A program made the translations under genes and the position numbers. A DNA stretch of 64,000 nt from Vicugna vicugna (Eukaryota): contig MU057801.1 of assembly GCA_013265495.1 (NCBI GenBank), forward strand, positions 558,001 through 622,000, written 5' to 3'. This document shows positions 52,201 to 64,000 of the stretch, in pieces. Under the pieces are notes generated by a model. That model was not told the origin of the DNA, made no database searches, and was given only the letters and a program-made list of their open reading frames with translations. Numbering within the stretch: the stretch's first letter is position 1; every line of letters begins with the position of its first letter.

Positions 52201-53796
52201 AATGACAGGCTGGAGAGCTTTTCCGTCTGTACTGAGCCTTATCTTGCAAATAAATGTTCTTTATTCTTTGGTAACTGCTTGTGGGTGACTCAGATAGTCT
52301 TTCAAAACTGGACAAAAGGAATAATATAGATCTCTTGTATCCAGGGAATTCTTCTAATTAGGAGTGGCAATGAATTAGGGAAGAAATTGGATTTAATACA
52401 ACATCTGCAAATGACAGCTGCCTTTTCACAAAGTTCTCAATGTCATTCCTTTACTAAAAAAAGCCCCGTAACAGTAATAATAAATCATTAAAACAGGACA
52501 TATCACAGTAATCCACTTAATAACATACTTCAGTGAATTCTGGTTATTCAATATTTTCAACTATCTTTGCAAAACAAATGACTCTTTACATGCTCAAAAC
52601 TGAACAACTCACTTTCCCTGAGAATTCTCCAAAGCATTTTAAAGTGTGTCACTTAGTCTCAAAGAAGTTATTTGGCTGGGGTTGAGATAAACAGCTAAGA
52701 AAATTGCACATGTGAAATAAAAGGACATTTCCAGAACTGTGGTGCAGGCAAACACACTCCCTTTACAATAAAGCCACACTAGTAAAAGGTTTCCTTCCAA
52801 ACACAGGTGCGACACTGGCTCCTCTCGACCTCACACATGCACAGGCTCCTGTGGCTGGTGGGGCATCAGCCTTAACCAGCACTTGGACCACTTGCTTCAG
52901 GGGAAGGTCCTTGGCTAGCCGTCACCCCGAAGAGGGACACACACACACACGCACACACACCAGCTGCTGGGCCTGCAAGGGGGCCAGGAACTCCCTCAAC
53001 AGCAGCCTCAGGGCAACGTAGGGAAAGGACGGACATCCAGCAACAGGAGGACCCAGTAAGGGCCCATCCTCTTAAAGCGGCACTTAGACTCCCTGAACGG
53101 GCGTAGTGAGACTGTGGTCCCCAGTCTGCACATTCCAGGTCCACGTCTGGACCTGAAGTTAAAGTCCAAAGAAATTGAGAGACTTGCCCAGAACAGCCCC
53201 TCCCCCAGCTGTGACAGCACAGGGACTTAAGGGGCCCTGATGTCTACCAGACCGAGGAGGGAGAGCTGGGAGGACAGGAAAAAGCTGTCCATTTACAAAA
53301 CTGACACTCTGGCTGGGGCGCCAAAGGGGACCCTTCCCCGAAGCCTCCTCTGGCCTGAACCACTGCTGGTCAACACTGCTTCGGCACGTCCACCCTTTGG
53401 TCAGAGAGTCACTGGCCAGTCACTACCATGCCTAGAGATAAATATGACAAAAACGCTAACACCGACCTTCACGAAATTTGTAAAAGCAAATAAATACTGT
53501 TTTCAGTTACAGGAAAAAGGAAAGCCACACGGGGACCTCCTGCAACTCAGAAGCTTTAGGACTCACTTTTCTTTAGGACAAACGGCACATCTGAAAAAAC
53601 CCTTTAGGTCACCTGTGTTCTGCTCTGTGGGTAAGTCTTCCCCGACGGCCAGCTTAGCGACATGCGTAGGAAAAACCAGAACACTGACAAGAGAGCATTT
53701 CTTTTCTGGGACCCAAGACTATCGTGGATGTTTGGGGAGATGGAATTACCTTGAAAGTAATTTAACAATGAAAGTATGTTGCTAAAGACACTGGTT

Positions 53797-53852
53797 TTAT
53801 TTACTTACTTACTTACTTACTTTATTTATTTATTTATTTACTTACTTTATTT
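53797..53852. repeat. Compound (TTAC)n(TTTA)n microsatellite
   Basis: Directly visible. Confidence 0.9.
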
Positions 53853-55999
53853 TTCAAAAAGTGCAAAAGAAAGCCCCAGAAGGAGCGGGCCCTCCCAGGC
53901 GCGAGGGTTTTATGTGTTTGCGGGGACACACTCTCACCCCCTCCGTGTACCACCTCGCACAGGCCGTGTTATTAAAAGGAGGCGGATTCTGCCAGGCACA
54001 TAATTTGTATATTCAAGGGAGATGTACGGGTGAAAAAGCGAAATATGTTAAATTTCAAAGGACTCAGAAGCAGAGCTGCCTGTGAGCTTGCGTTACAAAT
54101 AGTCCCACATTGTCACCACGCCACTAATGAGGCCGAGGGGATAAAAGGACAAGTTGAATATGCATGACTGTATCCAGCGAGCGGGACTTCTGTGCACTGA
54201 TGAGGTTTTTTTTCCCCTCCTAAAAAAGGAGTAGAATTATTCTTAGAGAAGCATGGCTCCCCAGAGGCCAGGAAAGTGCACCCGGAGCGCAGCGCCGCGC
54301 CACGTCCGGGTGACGTGAATACCCAGGTGCTGGAAGAAGGCCTCTGACACTACCTGTCGTCCTTGAAACTTGTGCACATCCTGTCCCCCCGAAAGGAATA
54401 CTCAACTTCGAGCAGCGGTGTCATGACAACTTCTAAACCAAAAAAAACGATTTTGGTTGAGATCCCTAGAAGCAGGCAAGGTCAAATAAACCTTCTGAGG
54501 ACAAAGCCTTCACTCCCATGGTAAGGAGCGCTAGTTAAAAGACTGGGGAATGGGTAAATTATTGCACCAAATGGCTGAGAATTAATCTCTGCTGACTGGC
54601 TGTAATCTAACGAGGCGTCTGTGTCCCCGGGAGCCCGCGGCGTGTCCCTGGCGGTATGTGCAGTGTGTCGAGTCTGCGTGACACCCTTTGTCCTCGCTCC
54701 CAGGCGGCCTTTCCCCTCATTGTCCATAATATCCTCATGCATCTGGGACGCGTGGAATGCATTCATACTAACAGACTTACCATTGTTTTCGCTCAGAAGC
54801 TTTGTTGAGCAAAGACTGCATCATGGTTACTGATAATTATATTGCTTAATTAATCAAGACAAAAAAAATTTGCAAATCATTGCCTGGTTGCCAAGCAAGG
54901 AGATAAAAAATGACAACAATACAAGCTGAAGCAATATCACAAAAGTAACAGCTATCTGATCAGAAATTCTTATATAATGAAGCTATTAATGCTAAATCGG
55001 TTAATGTTAACATTGCTCCAGGTGTCTCTACTTAGAGGCAAACAAAAAGGCTAACATTATGGATATAAAAGGCCAAATGTTGCCATGGATTCTGTAACCT
55101 GATAGAGAGGACAGCCTTTTCATTTGATTAGGGAATGCAATTTAAATACCAGGGACCGAAGCCAAACAAACAGACTTTCCCTCCACAGGCCTCTTGCATT
55201 CACCCTGGGGTCAGTGGTTGGGGAACGAAAGGTCAGCCGCACTTGCCCTGGAAATGTCTGGATTAATTTTATTACGTTGTAATGGTTTGTACTTTAAATG
55301 TGGGGATGACACTAAATTTCCAGTTGGCCGTCATTCTCCTCTTCCCTTTGGCTTTTTGAATTGAAATATTAAGAAAGCGATTTGCTCAGTTCATCTCGTC
55401 AGAATTTATGGCCAAATTTATAAAACTTACATTTTTTTAAGGAGTTTTAAAAGGCATGTTAATACTTATTTTCATGCATAAGTAGAATACCTTTTTAAAA
55501 ATCACTCTGATGCTAGAAAATGACGTTCTTAATCTACTATAAAAATAAAGGTGACTTTTTAGGACATTACATGACATTTTAGAGGGCCATGTTGAAATGA
55601 ACTAATAAAGCCAGTTAATCCATGCTAAATATTAAAGAAACACACTTTCCAGCTTTGAAAGCTATGGGATACTAAATTCATTGGTTATCTAATATTAAAG
55701 TTTTCAATCTAATTCTTGTTAAAGTACTATTCTTCATGGACACACACAAACATTATCAGCACTAAAAGCCATCTGCTTATACGAAAGTGAAAACTTTGCA
55801 GATGCAGAGACTTGAATTAAAGATAACACAAAGATTTGACACGAAGAACTTCTGGCATCTTTGCTCCCTGAATAGAAAAGAGTTTCCTAATGGCAGTTGT
55901 CTCACCAGCCAGACTGGGGCTTTCCTGAATTCAGGAGTTGACCCACACTGTCATTATTTATTCCATTTTCATGGTAGTAACTATAACAAAAAACAACAG

Positions 56000-56120
56000 C
56001 AATGATGATGATGATGATGATGACGACGATGATAAAAACCCCTTCAACAGCTTTGACTCTGGGCCAGGCACTGTTTGAAACAACTTTCCATTTCTTAGCT
56101 CATTTAATCCTCACAACTTT
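56000..56120 (-). mobile_element. MIR fragment with (GAT)n microsatellite
   Basis: (gat)n followed by ctctgggccaggcactgttt...ctcatttaatcctcacaac, the reverse MIR 3' end. Confidence 0.7.
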
Positions 56121-56194
56121 GACACTTTAGATTGGGTTATAAACCCCAGGAAATCGTTACCTATTATTTTAAAGACTAAAAATAGAGAGTATTT

Positions 56195-56329
56195 GGGGGG
56201 AAGGTGTAGCTCAAGTGGTAGAGTGCATGGTCAGTATGCACGAGGTCCTGGGTTCAATCCCCAGTGCCTCCTCCAAATAAAAGTAAATAAATAAACCTAA
56301 TTACCTGCCCCTCATAAAAAAAAAAAAGA
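56195..56329 (+). mobile_element. tRNA-Ala-derived SINE (camelid Vic-1-like) with poly(A) and TSD
   Basis: ggggaaggtgtagctcaagtggtagag (A box) ... gggttcaatccc (B box), aataaataaacctaattacc body and poly(A). Flanks are aaaaatagagagtattt / aaaaatagagtattt. Confidence 0.9.
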
Positions 56330-56904
56330 AAAAATAGAGTATTTAGAAGGGTAACTTTTAGCTCCTTCAGGAGGACAATTTGGAATGAAAATGAAGGTGG
56401 TATTTAATATCAAGCTGAAACACGGTCATTTTCTCGAGGAGCAGGGACTTAATACACCAAATGTTTAATTAAAACATTACACAGAAAGAAAGTCCTGCAT
56501 TAATAATTCCAAAACAAAAACAGGCTGCTGTATAAAGCACGGCTAAACTACCCTAAAGGCACAAGGCTGGAAACGGAAGCCAACCGGGCACCCGGCACAT
56601 GGCCCCGGGTCCTCCCAGCCGTCCCCTCGAGCAGTACCAGCCGACGTGGCTGGGCTGGCCACGACAAGGTGCTCCCGTCGCTAAAACCCTCGCACGGGCT
56701 GTGCCGCGGAGGCCTGGCCTCTTCACAGACTTGCCCACGGCCCCTCCGGACCGACCCCCGCCAGCAGCAGAGGCCCGGCGCACGGCACCTGCCTGCCCCT
56801 CAAGGCTGGGGCCCAGCCCCACAGCAGCCCCAGTGGCACCTGGCTGTGGTAACGGGCTCCTCCAACAGCTACTACTATTGATCAATAGGCCCCGAACTTT
56901 AAAT

Positions 56905-57180
56905 TACAGTTGGGGGTTTGGGATTTGCAGATGCTCACTACTGTATAAGGAACAGATAAACGACAAGGTCCTACTGTACAGCACAGGGAACTAGATTCAG
57001 TTCCTTGTAAGAGCATATAATGACAAAGAATATGAACTGGAGTACGTGCATGTATGTGTATGTGTATATGTACATACGTATATATATATAACTGAATCAC
57101 TATGCTGTACACCAGATACTAACACATTACAAATCGACTAAACTTCAATTAAAAAAATAAATAAAACAAAAATAAAAACT
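56905..57180 (+). mobile_element. 5'-truncated L1 3' UTR with A-rich tail
   Basis: tttgggatttgcagatgc...acaaggtcctactgtacagcacagggaacta...taactgaatcactatgctgtacaccaga. Confidence 0.9.
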
Positions 57181-57460
57181 TTTTAAAAATTACCATTTTT
57201 AATTACAAAATTTAAAAAATTAAAACCCTTTTCTAAAATCATAAACGTCTATCATTTTCAGAGTCCCAGAAATAAAAGATAGAATTCTGTGCCCATGATG
57301 ATTCTTTGAAAATCCCAATTCCTATTTAACTCCTGCACAGCGCGTGTAACTCAGATACAGGACGAGGGCCCCCCTAGACGTGTTCACGCCACTGGTTTCA
57401 GCTGCGGTGGATCACGACAAGCGCCGGCCGAGCCAGAGGGTGACAGCGCTGAGGACGTAC

Positions 57461-57619
57461 CTCGGGCTTCTTGGTGATGGCGATGAAGAACATGCGGTTC
57501 TTCATCGGGTAGATGATGATGGAGACGTCCCCGAAGGCGGTCGGGATGATGCCCCTGCGGTAGTCCCGGGAGTGCTCAGACCACACGATGTGGACCTCGT
57601 CGTTCCCCAAGTGCCGGAG
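57461..57619 (-). CDS. RALGAPA2: RALGAPA2 internal coding exon with catalytic Asn thumb: [53 protein letters not shown]
   Basis: 159 nt, 53 codons, phase 0/0. Acceptor ttgcag with branch-like tgattaac about 25 nt upstream, donor GAG|gtacgt. Joins in frame to the previous exon to give KKLRHLGND, the RapGAP/TSC2/RalGAP catalytic helix. Confidence 0.97.
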
Positions 57620-58159
57620 CTGCAACGGCAAATCGGCTCTTTGTTAATCAGAGAGAGGACAGCGGTCATGGGGGGCCGTGGCTCGCAAACTGAACTATTA
57701 TATTCAGAGGCAAAAATAATTCACCACCAAGAAAGGCTGCAACACTGATGCCTGTGAAAGAGGAGGATGTGGAAAACACGGCACCCCTTCCGTGGGACCC
57801 GCGGGTGTCCAGAGGCGCACGTCAGCATCGCAGGTACCCCGCGGCCGGAGGGGGTCGGGGCCTGCTCCGGGGTGTTTTTAACATTTAATTCACTTCTGCA
57901 GCCCAGCCTCGTGCTTTATACTGCTGAGCACGTCTCTAACAATTAACGGTATGCGTCTTTTATTCCATATTAAGTAGAGCATCATAAGACTCTTAATTCA
58001 ATGGTTATTAAGAAAGAAGATGAGAATAGAATAGAAGCCGCTATAACGCAGCTGTTACCAAATGTATAAAAACCAAACTTACGACCACCTTTAAGAAAAA
58101 GCATGCATAAAATTACTTTTGTCTACTGACAGAAATTACTTTAGGAAACTAACAGTGAG

Positions 58160-58330
58160 CACTTGCTCTGAGCATCAAGAGAGCCTCATTACATAGAAAG
58201 TACGTTCACACACATGTCGTTTACTCTCCCCACTGACTCTGTGAGACAGCCATGGTATCCTTAGGTCACTCATTGTGGGGGGGGTGCTCTGGAAGGCAAG
58301 GCGCCCCCAGCCCCAGCACAGCGGCAGCGT
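58160..58330 (-). mobile_element. MIR fragment
   Basis: gagcacttgctctgagca...tttactctccccactgactctgtgagacagccatggtatcc resembles reverse MIR. Confidence 0.45.
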
Positions 58331-58867
58331 GAGGCCAGGCAGCTCGGCTGGGTTTGCAGTCCTGGCCACCCCCACTGCCCACGGCCACCTGCTGCTCTCA
58401 GAGTGACTGTCCCGTCCCAGCTCAACCCCTTCAGCCCGCCTGTGTGAGGCTTTAGACACAAAAAGGCCATACCGTCCAAGACCAATCAGAGACTCCTGGC
58501 CTCTCTAAGGAGGGCTTCGCATGCCTCCCAGGAAGGGACCCCAAGGGCGCTCTTCAGGGCCAAGCCTGGTCTGATGCAAGGACATCCCTGACTTGACCCC
58601 TGCACAGCTGTGATGACTGTGCATCCGGGGCTAGAGAAAGTGCGTGGGGGGCCATCTGAGCAGGCCGGAGACTGTGACCAATGCAAACTAGGCTATAAAG
58701 GTTAAAATGCTGAAGTCTCTGAACCACAGAGGCTACTGAGGGTGTGAGCCTTGGGTCCTGTGACTCACGGCAGGAAGGGTCACTATCGACACTGTGAAAA
58801 AGTGTCTTAACTTCCGAGCTCACTTAACAGATGAGTCCTAAGACAGACCAAATTCAGACGCACTTTA

Positions 58868-59407
58868 CAATAGCCAAGGCATAGAAACAGCCTAAATGTC
58901 CATCAACAGATGACTGGATAAAGAAGCTGTGGTATATTTATACAATGGAATATTATTCAGCCATAAAAACTGACAATATAATGCCATTTGCAGCAACATA
59001 GATGTCTCTGGAGAATGTCATTCTAAGTGAAGTAAGTCAGAAAGAGAAAGAAAAATACCATATGAGATCGCTCATATGTGGAATTTAAAAAAAAAAAAGA
59101 ACATAAGTACAAAACAGAAACAGACTCATAGACATACTTGTGGTTGTCAAGGGGGTAGGGGATGGGAAGGGACAGACTGGGATTTCAAAACTTGCAGATA
59201 CTGACAGACATACGCAGAATAGATAAACAAGATTATACTGTATAGCACAGAGAAATATATACAAGATCTTGTGGTAGCTCACAGCAAAAAAAAAATGTGA
59301 CAATGAATATATGTAGGTTCATGTATAACTGCAAAATTGTGCTCTACACTGGAATCTGACACAACATTGTAAAATGACTATGACTCAATAAAAAAATGTT
59401 AAAAAAA
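58868..59407 (+). mobile_element. Young 5'-truncated L1 with 14-bp TSD
   Basis: ORF2 C-terminal text (aatagccaaggcatagaaacagcctaaatgtccatcaacagatgactggataaagaag) plus 3' UTR and A tail. TSD tcagacgcacttta (58854-58867) / tcagatgcacttta (59408-59421). Confidence 0.93.
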
Positions 59408-62400
59408 TCAGATGCACTTTAAGAAAAGCCATGTTGTTCCAGTTTTGTCTTAAGATATAAAAAAGGCTGTTCTGAAATACTGTGTATTTAAAACACGTTA
59501 CTATAAATATACAGACTTTCTGACCACAAAGGGGACGCCTGAGGTGACCCCACAGGCCTCCTTTCCATTTACAAGGTCACAAGGGAAGCGGGTTTGCTGC
59601 AGGGCTTGCTTGCTCTTCGCTCTCACTCTCCTGGGGACGACCGTACAAGTTGAGATCTGCACCCGCATCTCTGCATCGGCAGTGAAGGGAGGCCACATTC
59701 AGGTGGCCCCGATGGGAGGGCGCCCGATTCAGCCGCGTGGGAACGTGGGCTGCGGGAGAGACACCCCTGCGGGCGCTGAGCACAAGTCAGGATGATGCAG
59801 CCAAACTCAGCCGCGTCTAGGACTTTCTAAATGTCAGATCGCCCAGCACGCGGTTTTCCCCTTCTCCCCTCCCACATGTAGACTGACCTGTGGCCGAATG
59901 GTTAGACACATCGTTCTAAAAAAGCACTGGGCGCTCAGAGCAGCACTAAGCAGCCCTCTCTCATTTCTGTTTTTCTTTCCTTTCTCCTTTTCAGTGAAGC
60001 AAGCCCGGACCTCACGGCACCCCTGAAACCCAGTCCTCTGGGAGTAAAATTGTGGCAGCAGCCCACCAGCGGCACGTTCACGGCGTGTTTTCGACGGAAG
60101 CAGGAATACTTTCAAATGGAAACTTCGGGAGGAATTTAGAGCTGCGGGAGGTAATGGTGAGAGCTGGGGCCTCCGGAACTCACACCCCACCCCCGGGCCA
60201 CAGAGACAGCCAACCTCCTGGGTCGTTTCGCGCCCCTCGATGCAACACTGGCACAACTTCTGTACAGACACAACACACCCGGGGAACAGCCTTCCAATGC
60301 GGTGTTCCTCCAGCTGCCAGCACCGAGGACTTGTGACAGCTCCTCTCCATCCAGACGGGTAAGCGGCAAGGCGTTAGCTCTGAGGTGATACAGTGATCCT
60401 TGAAAGTCTGCAGTGACTCTTCCTTTCCTAAATTATGTTACTCAATGACAACCCCGGGAAGCCTCTCCTAACTCTGCAGCTGTGTTCTCAGGACCACGGC
60501 AGGGGAGGACGGCATCCCACTAACAGACCGCCTCCCAGGCGGCGGCTCTGTAAGTAGCAGAAACACAATGTTCAGTGTCACGTGCTTCAGACCTCGGGAC
60601 GCGCCACACTTTAATTAGCCAACTCACAGAACTAAGAGCTAAGGCCACAGGACCGACTGGTTGATAAATCCGGAGCATGGAGCAAAGAGCAAGAACACAC
60701 CCAATCCTGCCCACGACCAGAACACAAGAAGGTTAAAACAAATAAAATCAACCTGGTCATGTTGTCGGCCACGGCAGAACAGAAGGGGATAGTGGGGAAG
60801 CAGCAAAGGGGATTTCGTTACAGAGAATTTTGATTCCAGGCCCTCAGATTAGAAATGCGTGCGCACGAGTCAGGGAGGAGTCTCGTCCTGGAAAGGGGCC
60901 GCCCCTCACGCCAGCCACTGCTTCTGTGGCCCTAGAGGCTCAGCACAAATGCTCGGTGCTGAAGCCTTAAGAAATCAACCCAGGTCCTCCCGCTTCTCGT
61001 CCTGGCGCGTCCTGAGTCCCTCTGCCGGCCCACTCTGCCCGCTGCTGCCAGGCGGCGCGCGCTGGTGACACTGGTCACGGTCCACACCTAATGGGCTGAC
61101 CTCCTTTCCAGACTAATTGCATTACATCGCCAGCTGGCTCCAGAAGGAGTCGTCTGTTTGATTGAAGAAGTCCTGCTCCTCAGTGGGCCCTGCTGCTACT
61201 TTTACTAAGTAACAGTCAGGCCTGACATCCCCATTGTTCAGCTGACAGTGTGCCCATCCTAAAATCTAAGTTTTATTTGTAAATTAACCAGGAAACTTCC
61301 TGCCAGAGCAGCGCTGCCTGGAGACTGATAATGTGGGCCTTTCATCCTTCCCACTCGTCCTGTATGGCTGCCAATTTGTTTTTTATGCGGCTGGCCAGCC
61401 TGAGGCTATAAAAGCCTTGTAAGACATCAGTGCAATTATAGTCCTGGAGTCAAATGAATTGGACAAATCCAATAGCACAGCCCTGTCCCCACTCTGCAAA
61501 CCCCTACAGCAGTTAGATTAGCTGTGAAAAATCTAATCTAGCCAGAGCTAACACATTTCTGCAGTGAAGGAGCAAGAGTTCAGTGTGGGGTTGCACCCGG
61601 GTTGCGGGGCTGAAAAAGCGTCCCCAGGACAGCGGCAGAGGAGAGCATGAATCACCGCAGAACCCTGCAGCTCGTTTTTAAGCTGTTAGGGACAATTTAG
61701 TTAGAACAAGACAAGGAACTGTGGGCCCCTGCTCCCGTGACTGATTTTCAGTCTCGCTGTGAGACACTGACAGAGAGAGTTTGTCACTAATGATGCTAAA
61801 TCTTGGAGCTGCAAAAGGTATCAGCTGAATTTTGATTGTTCCAGTAGGGAACCTTTCAACCAGGCCAGGTCTTGGAACAGTATTTATAACATGGTGTTTT
61901 TATCAAGAAAACCCTAGGTCTTTTCTCAAAAAAAAAAAAAAAAAAAAATACATTAATATTAAAAAAAAATTAAAATAGAAGCCCATCTTGTAACAAAATA
62001 GTTTGCATGCATAAGAAAATCACAGAGCAAGCTGACACATTTGCAGAGTAGCACCGATTTATAGGGTCCGGCAAATAAAAAGGAGCCTCGCCTGGGGTCT
62101 CGATAATCTGAGACAGAATCGCTGTGGGCAAGTCCCCGTCGCTGAGAACACCGCCGCCACCAAAACCCGAGATGTGGCCGCAGCTCCTCTAGGAGCCAGC
62201 ACATGGCCGGGGTGGACAGTCAGCCGCGCTCCGCGTGCCCTGAGACACCTGGTCACGGTGAGGGGGGTCTGGGCTGTGCTGGGACCTGAGTGCCGAGGTC
62301 CATGGGCACCTCTGCCCGCCACGTACATGGTTCCGGTGTCTGCAGCCGCGGTTAAGAGAAAGCAGGGCCACGGAGGAGAGAGATGAGGCAGGCAAAGCGA

Positions 62401-63277
62401 GGCCCGCCTGCCAGCATCTGTTGGTGCCTGGTGGGCCGGGAGAGGAGATGCAGCCAGACTTGCAGGGGGCGGCGAAGGCGGATGGTGGGAGATCTTCTCT
62501 GGCTCTGCGCTAAGCAGTTTTACTCCACGGCCCGTGGGCCATGTGTTTGATCTCATTTGACAGGTGGGAAAGCGGAAGCACCTGGATACACCTGTGAACC
62601 CTGCCCACCACCACCACACCGGACCCCCGCCCACCAGCCTCAGTCGGCATCAGTGGCCTGATGCCCCCACCAGGCACTACCCTCAGCTGCCTGCATCCGT
62701 GGAGGAGGAGAAGTGGGGTGAGGCCGGGGTGCCGGGCTCTGCCCTACTGGCAGGCTAGTCACCAACGTTCTCATCCGGCAATGTGGACATGGGTCAGGTT
62801 TCTAGACCTCCTTCCCAGACCACATCCTTCTCCTGGGGGGTGCCCCTCACTCTACCAGGTCACCTCAGGTGGACATCCTGCAGGTGGAACAGCACAGGGG
62901 ACCCTGTAGAGCTCCCTCAGAGGCGGGGTTTCCTTTGAGCTCTAGAGAAAACTGCCCTCCAGACCACAGGGATGGAGAACACAGTGGGTGCCCGAGGGGG
63001 CCTGCCGGGCAGCAGTGCACCTGGACACTGGACAATCGTCTCCCCAGCTGCCCCCTGGCTGCCCTGGGAGGTGCCCAGCGTCTGGACGGCTCAGGACCTC
63101 AGCCAAGCCGAGAGGCCAACAGCATTAACTTCCTCGTGAAAGAGCGTCTGAAATTAACAATGTTTAAAATCCCTCCTTTGCCTAAATCTTTTTTTTTTTT
63201 AATTAACTTTGGAAAGTGGACCTTAGGCTGGAGACAGGTGGGGAGACTACTGTGGTTTTTTTTTTTCTTTTTTGGCA

Positions 63278-63460
63278 AGTTTCTTCTGTGTAGCACAGGG
63301 AACTGTATTCAATACCTTGTAATAACCTTTAATGACTTTCAAAGAAAAACAACCTTTAATGAAAAAGAATAAGAAAAGGAATGCATGTGTGTATATGCAT
63401 GACCGGGACACTGTGCTGTACACGAGAAACTGACACAATATCGTAAACTGACTGCACTTT
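63278..63460 (+). mobile_element. L1 3' UTR fragment
   Basis: ttctgtgtagcacagggaactgtattcaataccttgtaataacctttaatg...tgtgctgtacacgagaaactgacaca; same family as 46625-46880 in the opposite orientation. Confidence 0.85.
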
Positions 63461-63500
63461 TCCTAAATCTTGATCTCAGGATTTAAGGCTTAAACGACTA

Positions 63501-63599
63501 GGGGGAGGGTATAGCACAGCAGTGAGGCGCATGCTTAACGCGCAGGAGGTCCCGGGTTCAATTCCCAGTATCTCCATTAAAAAAATTTTTTTTAAAAAA
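63501..63599 (+). mobile_element. tRNA-Ala-derived SINE (Vic-1-like), diverged
   Basis: ggggagggtatagcacagcagtgaggcgcatgcttaacgcgcaggaggtcccgggttcaattcccagtatctcc plus A/T tail, with a degenerate TSD (ggcttaaacga / gactcaaatga). Confidence 0.85.
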
Positions 63600-63818
63600 G
63601 ACTCAAATGATCGATGGCTTGTCACGTATTTCTTTACCCAGTTTGTGCAACACTGGACACTGCAGATCAACTACAGCTGCAGCTTAAGGAGAGCAACCCC
63701 AAGGCTGTGTCCGGAGGAAAGCGGTCTCCGCACGGGTCGCACCACGGCTTTCAATCTGTCCTAAGGGAGCCTCCCCTCCAACCTGGGCAGCAAGAAGGGT
63801 CCCCAGGGAGGCCCTTAC

Positions 63819-63974
63819 CTTTTTGGTGAGCGAGTCATCCGAGTCGGAGGGCATCCGAGTGGAAACGTGGAAGATCACCTCCACGGTCGAGGTAGCGTAG
63901 TAGGGGGCCGTCTGGCCGGTGCTGCCGTTGCGCTGCAGGCCGCCCATGAAGCCGCAGTGGGTGGACAGGTCCAC
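63819..63974 (-). CDS. RALGAPA2: RALGAPA2 internal coding exon (RapGAP-like domain): [52 protein letters not shown]
   Basis: 156 nt, 52 codons, phase 0/0. Acceptor ccctccccctgctgtgtcccatcag, donor AAG|gtaagg. The peptide has the RapGAP-family motifs GFMGGL and [11 protein letters not shown] and matches my recall of RalGAP alpha-2. Confidence 0.96.
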
Positions 63975-64000
63975 CTGATGGGACACAGCAGGGGGAGGGC

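Larger units (their letters stand above)
46366..57460 (-). other. RALGAPA2: RALGAPA2 GT-AG intron, about 11.1 kb
   Basis: Bounded by gtacgt and aacag between in-frame exons. Confidence 0.9.
57620..63818 (-). other. RALGAPA2: RALGAPA2 GT-AG intron, about 6.2 kb
   Basis: Bounded by gtaagg and ttgcag between in-frame exons. Confidence 0.9.

Noticed and set aside
56195..56275. tRNA-like sequence (also 63501-63577)
   Set aside because: It has a SINE body, poly(A) tail and TSD, and the stems are imperfect; a retroposon, not a tRNA gene.
57380..57748. 122-aa plus-strand ORF antisense to a RALGAPA2 exon
   Set aside because: A shadow ORF caused by the near-total GC3 of the real exon, which removes antisense stop codons.
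1..64000. Several hundred 60-190 aa ORFs in the six-frame track
   Set aside because: Expected in GC-rich intronic DNA. They overlap on both strands, are low-complexity P/G/R/S-rich and have no recognisable domains, apart from the RALGAPA2 exons and L1 remnants.

Overview
Mammalian genomic DNA, not prokaryotic. It is most likely camelid, judged from the tRNA-Ala-derived Vic-1-type SINEs and L1 3' ends. The whole window lies inside the 3' part of RALGAPA2 (Ral GTPase-activating protein catalytic subunit alpha 2) on the minus strand. Three coding exons of the RapGAP-like domain are present (63819-63974, 57461-57619, 46238-46365), including the catalytic Asn-thumb motif RHLGND. The third exon ends at a minor-spliceosome (U12-type) donor, GTATCCTTT, with an in-phase canonical U2 donor, GTAAGT, 12 nt further on. 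I could not find the next exon, so this intron appears to exceed 46 kb and run off the left end. The rest is intron containing L1, L2, MIR, hAT/mariner MITEs, SINEs, microsatellites and several repeat-free, motif-dense blocks that could be enhancers. Apart from the RALGAPA2 exons and L1 remnants, the ORFs in the supplied track look spurious. I found no CRISPR array, operon or clearly new biological system. The best leads are the U12/U2 splice-site arrangement, a possible cryptic U12-acceptor exon at about 35.6 kb, and a strong AT-to-GC substitution signature. Repeat family names come from my recall of consensus sequences, and repeat boundaries are approximate unless TSDs are given.
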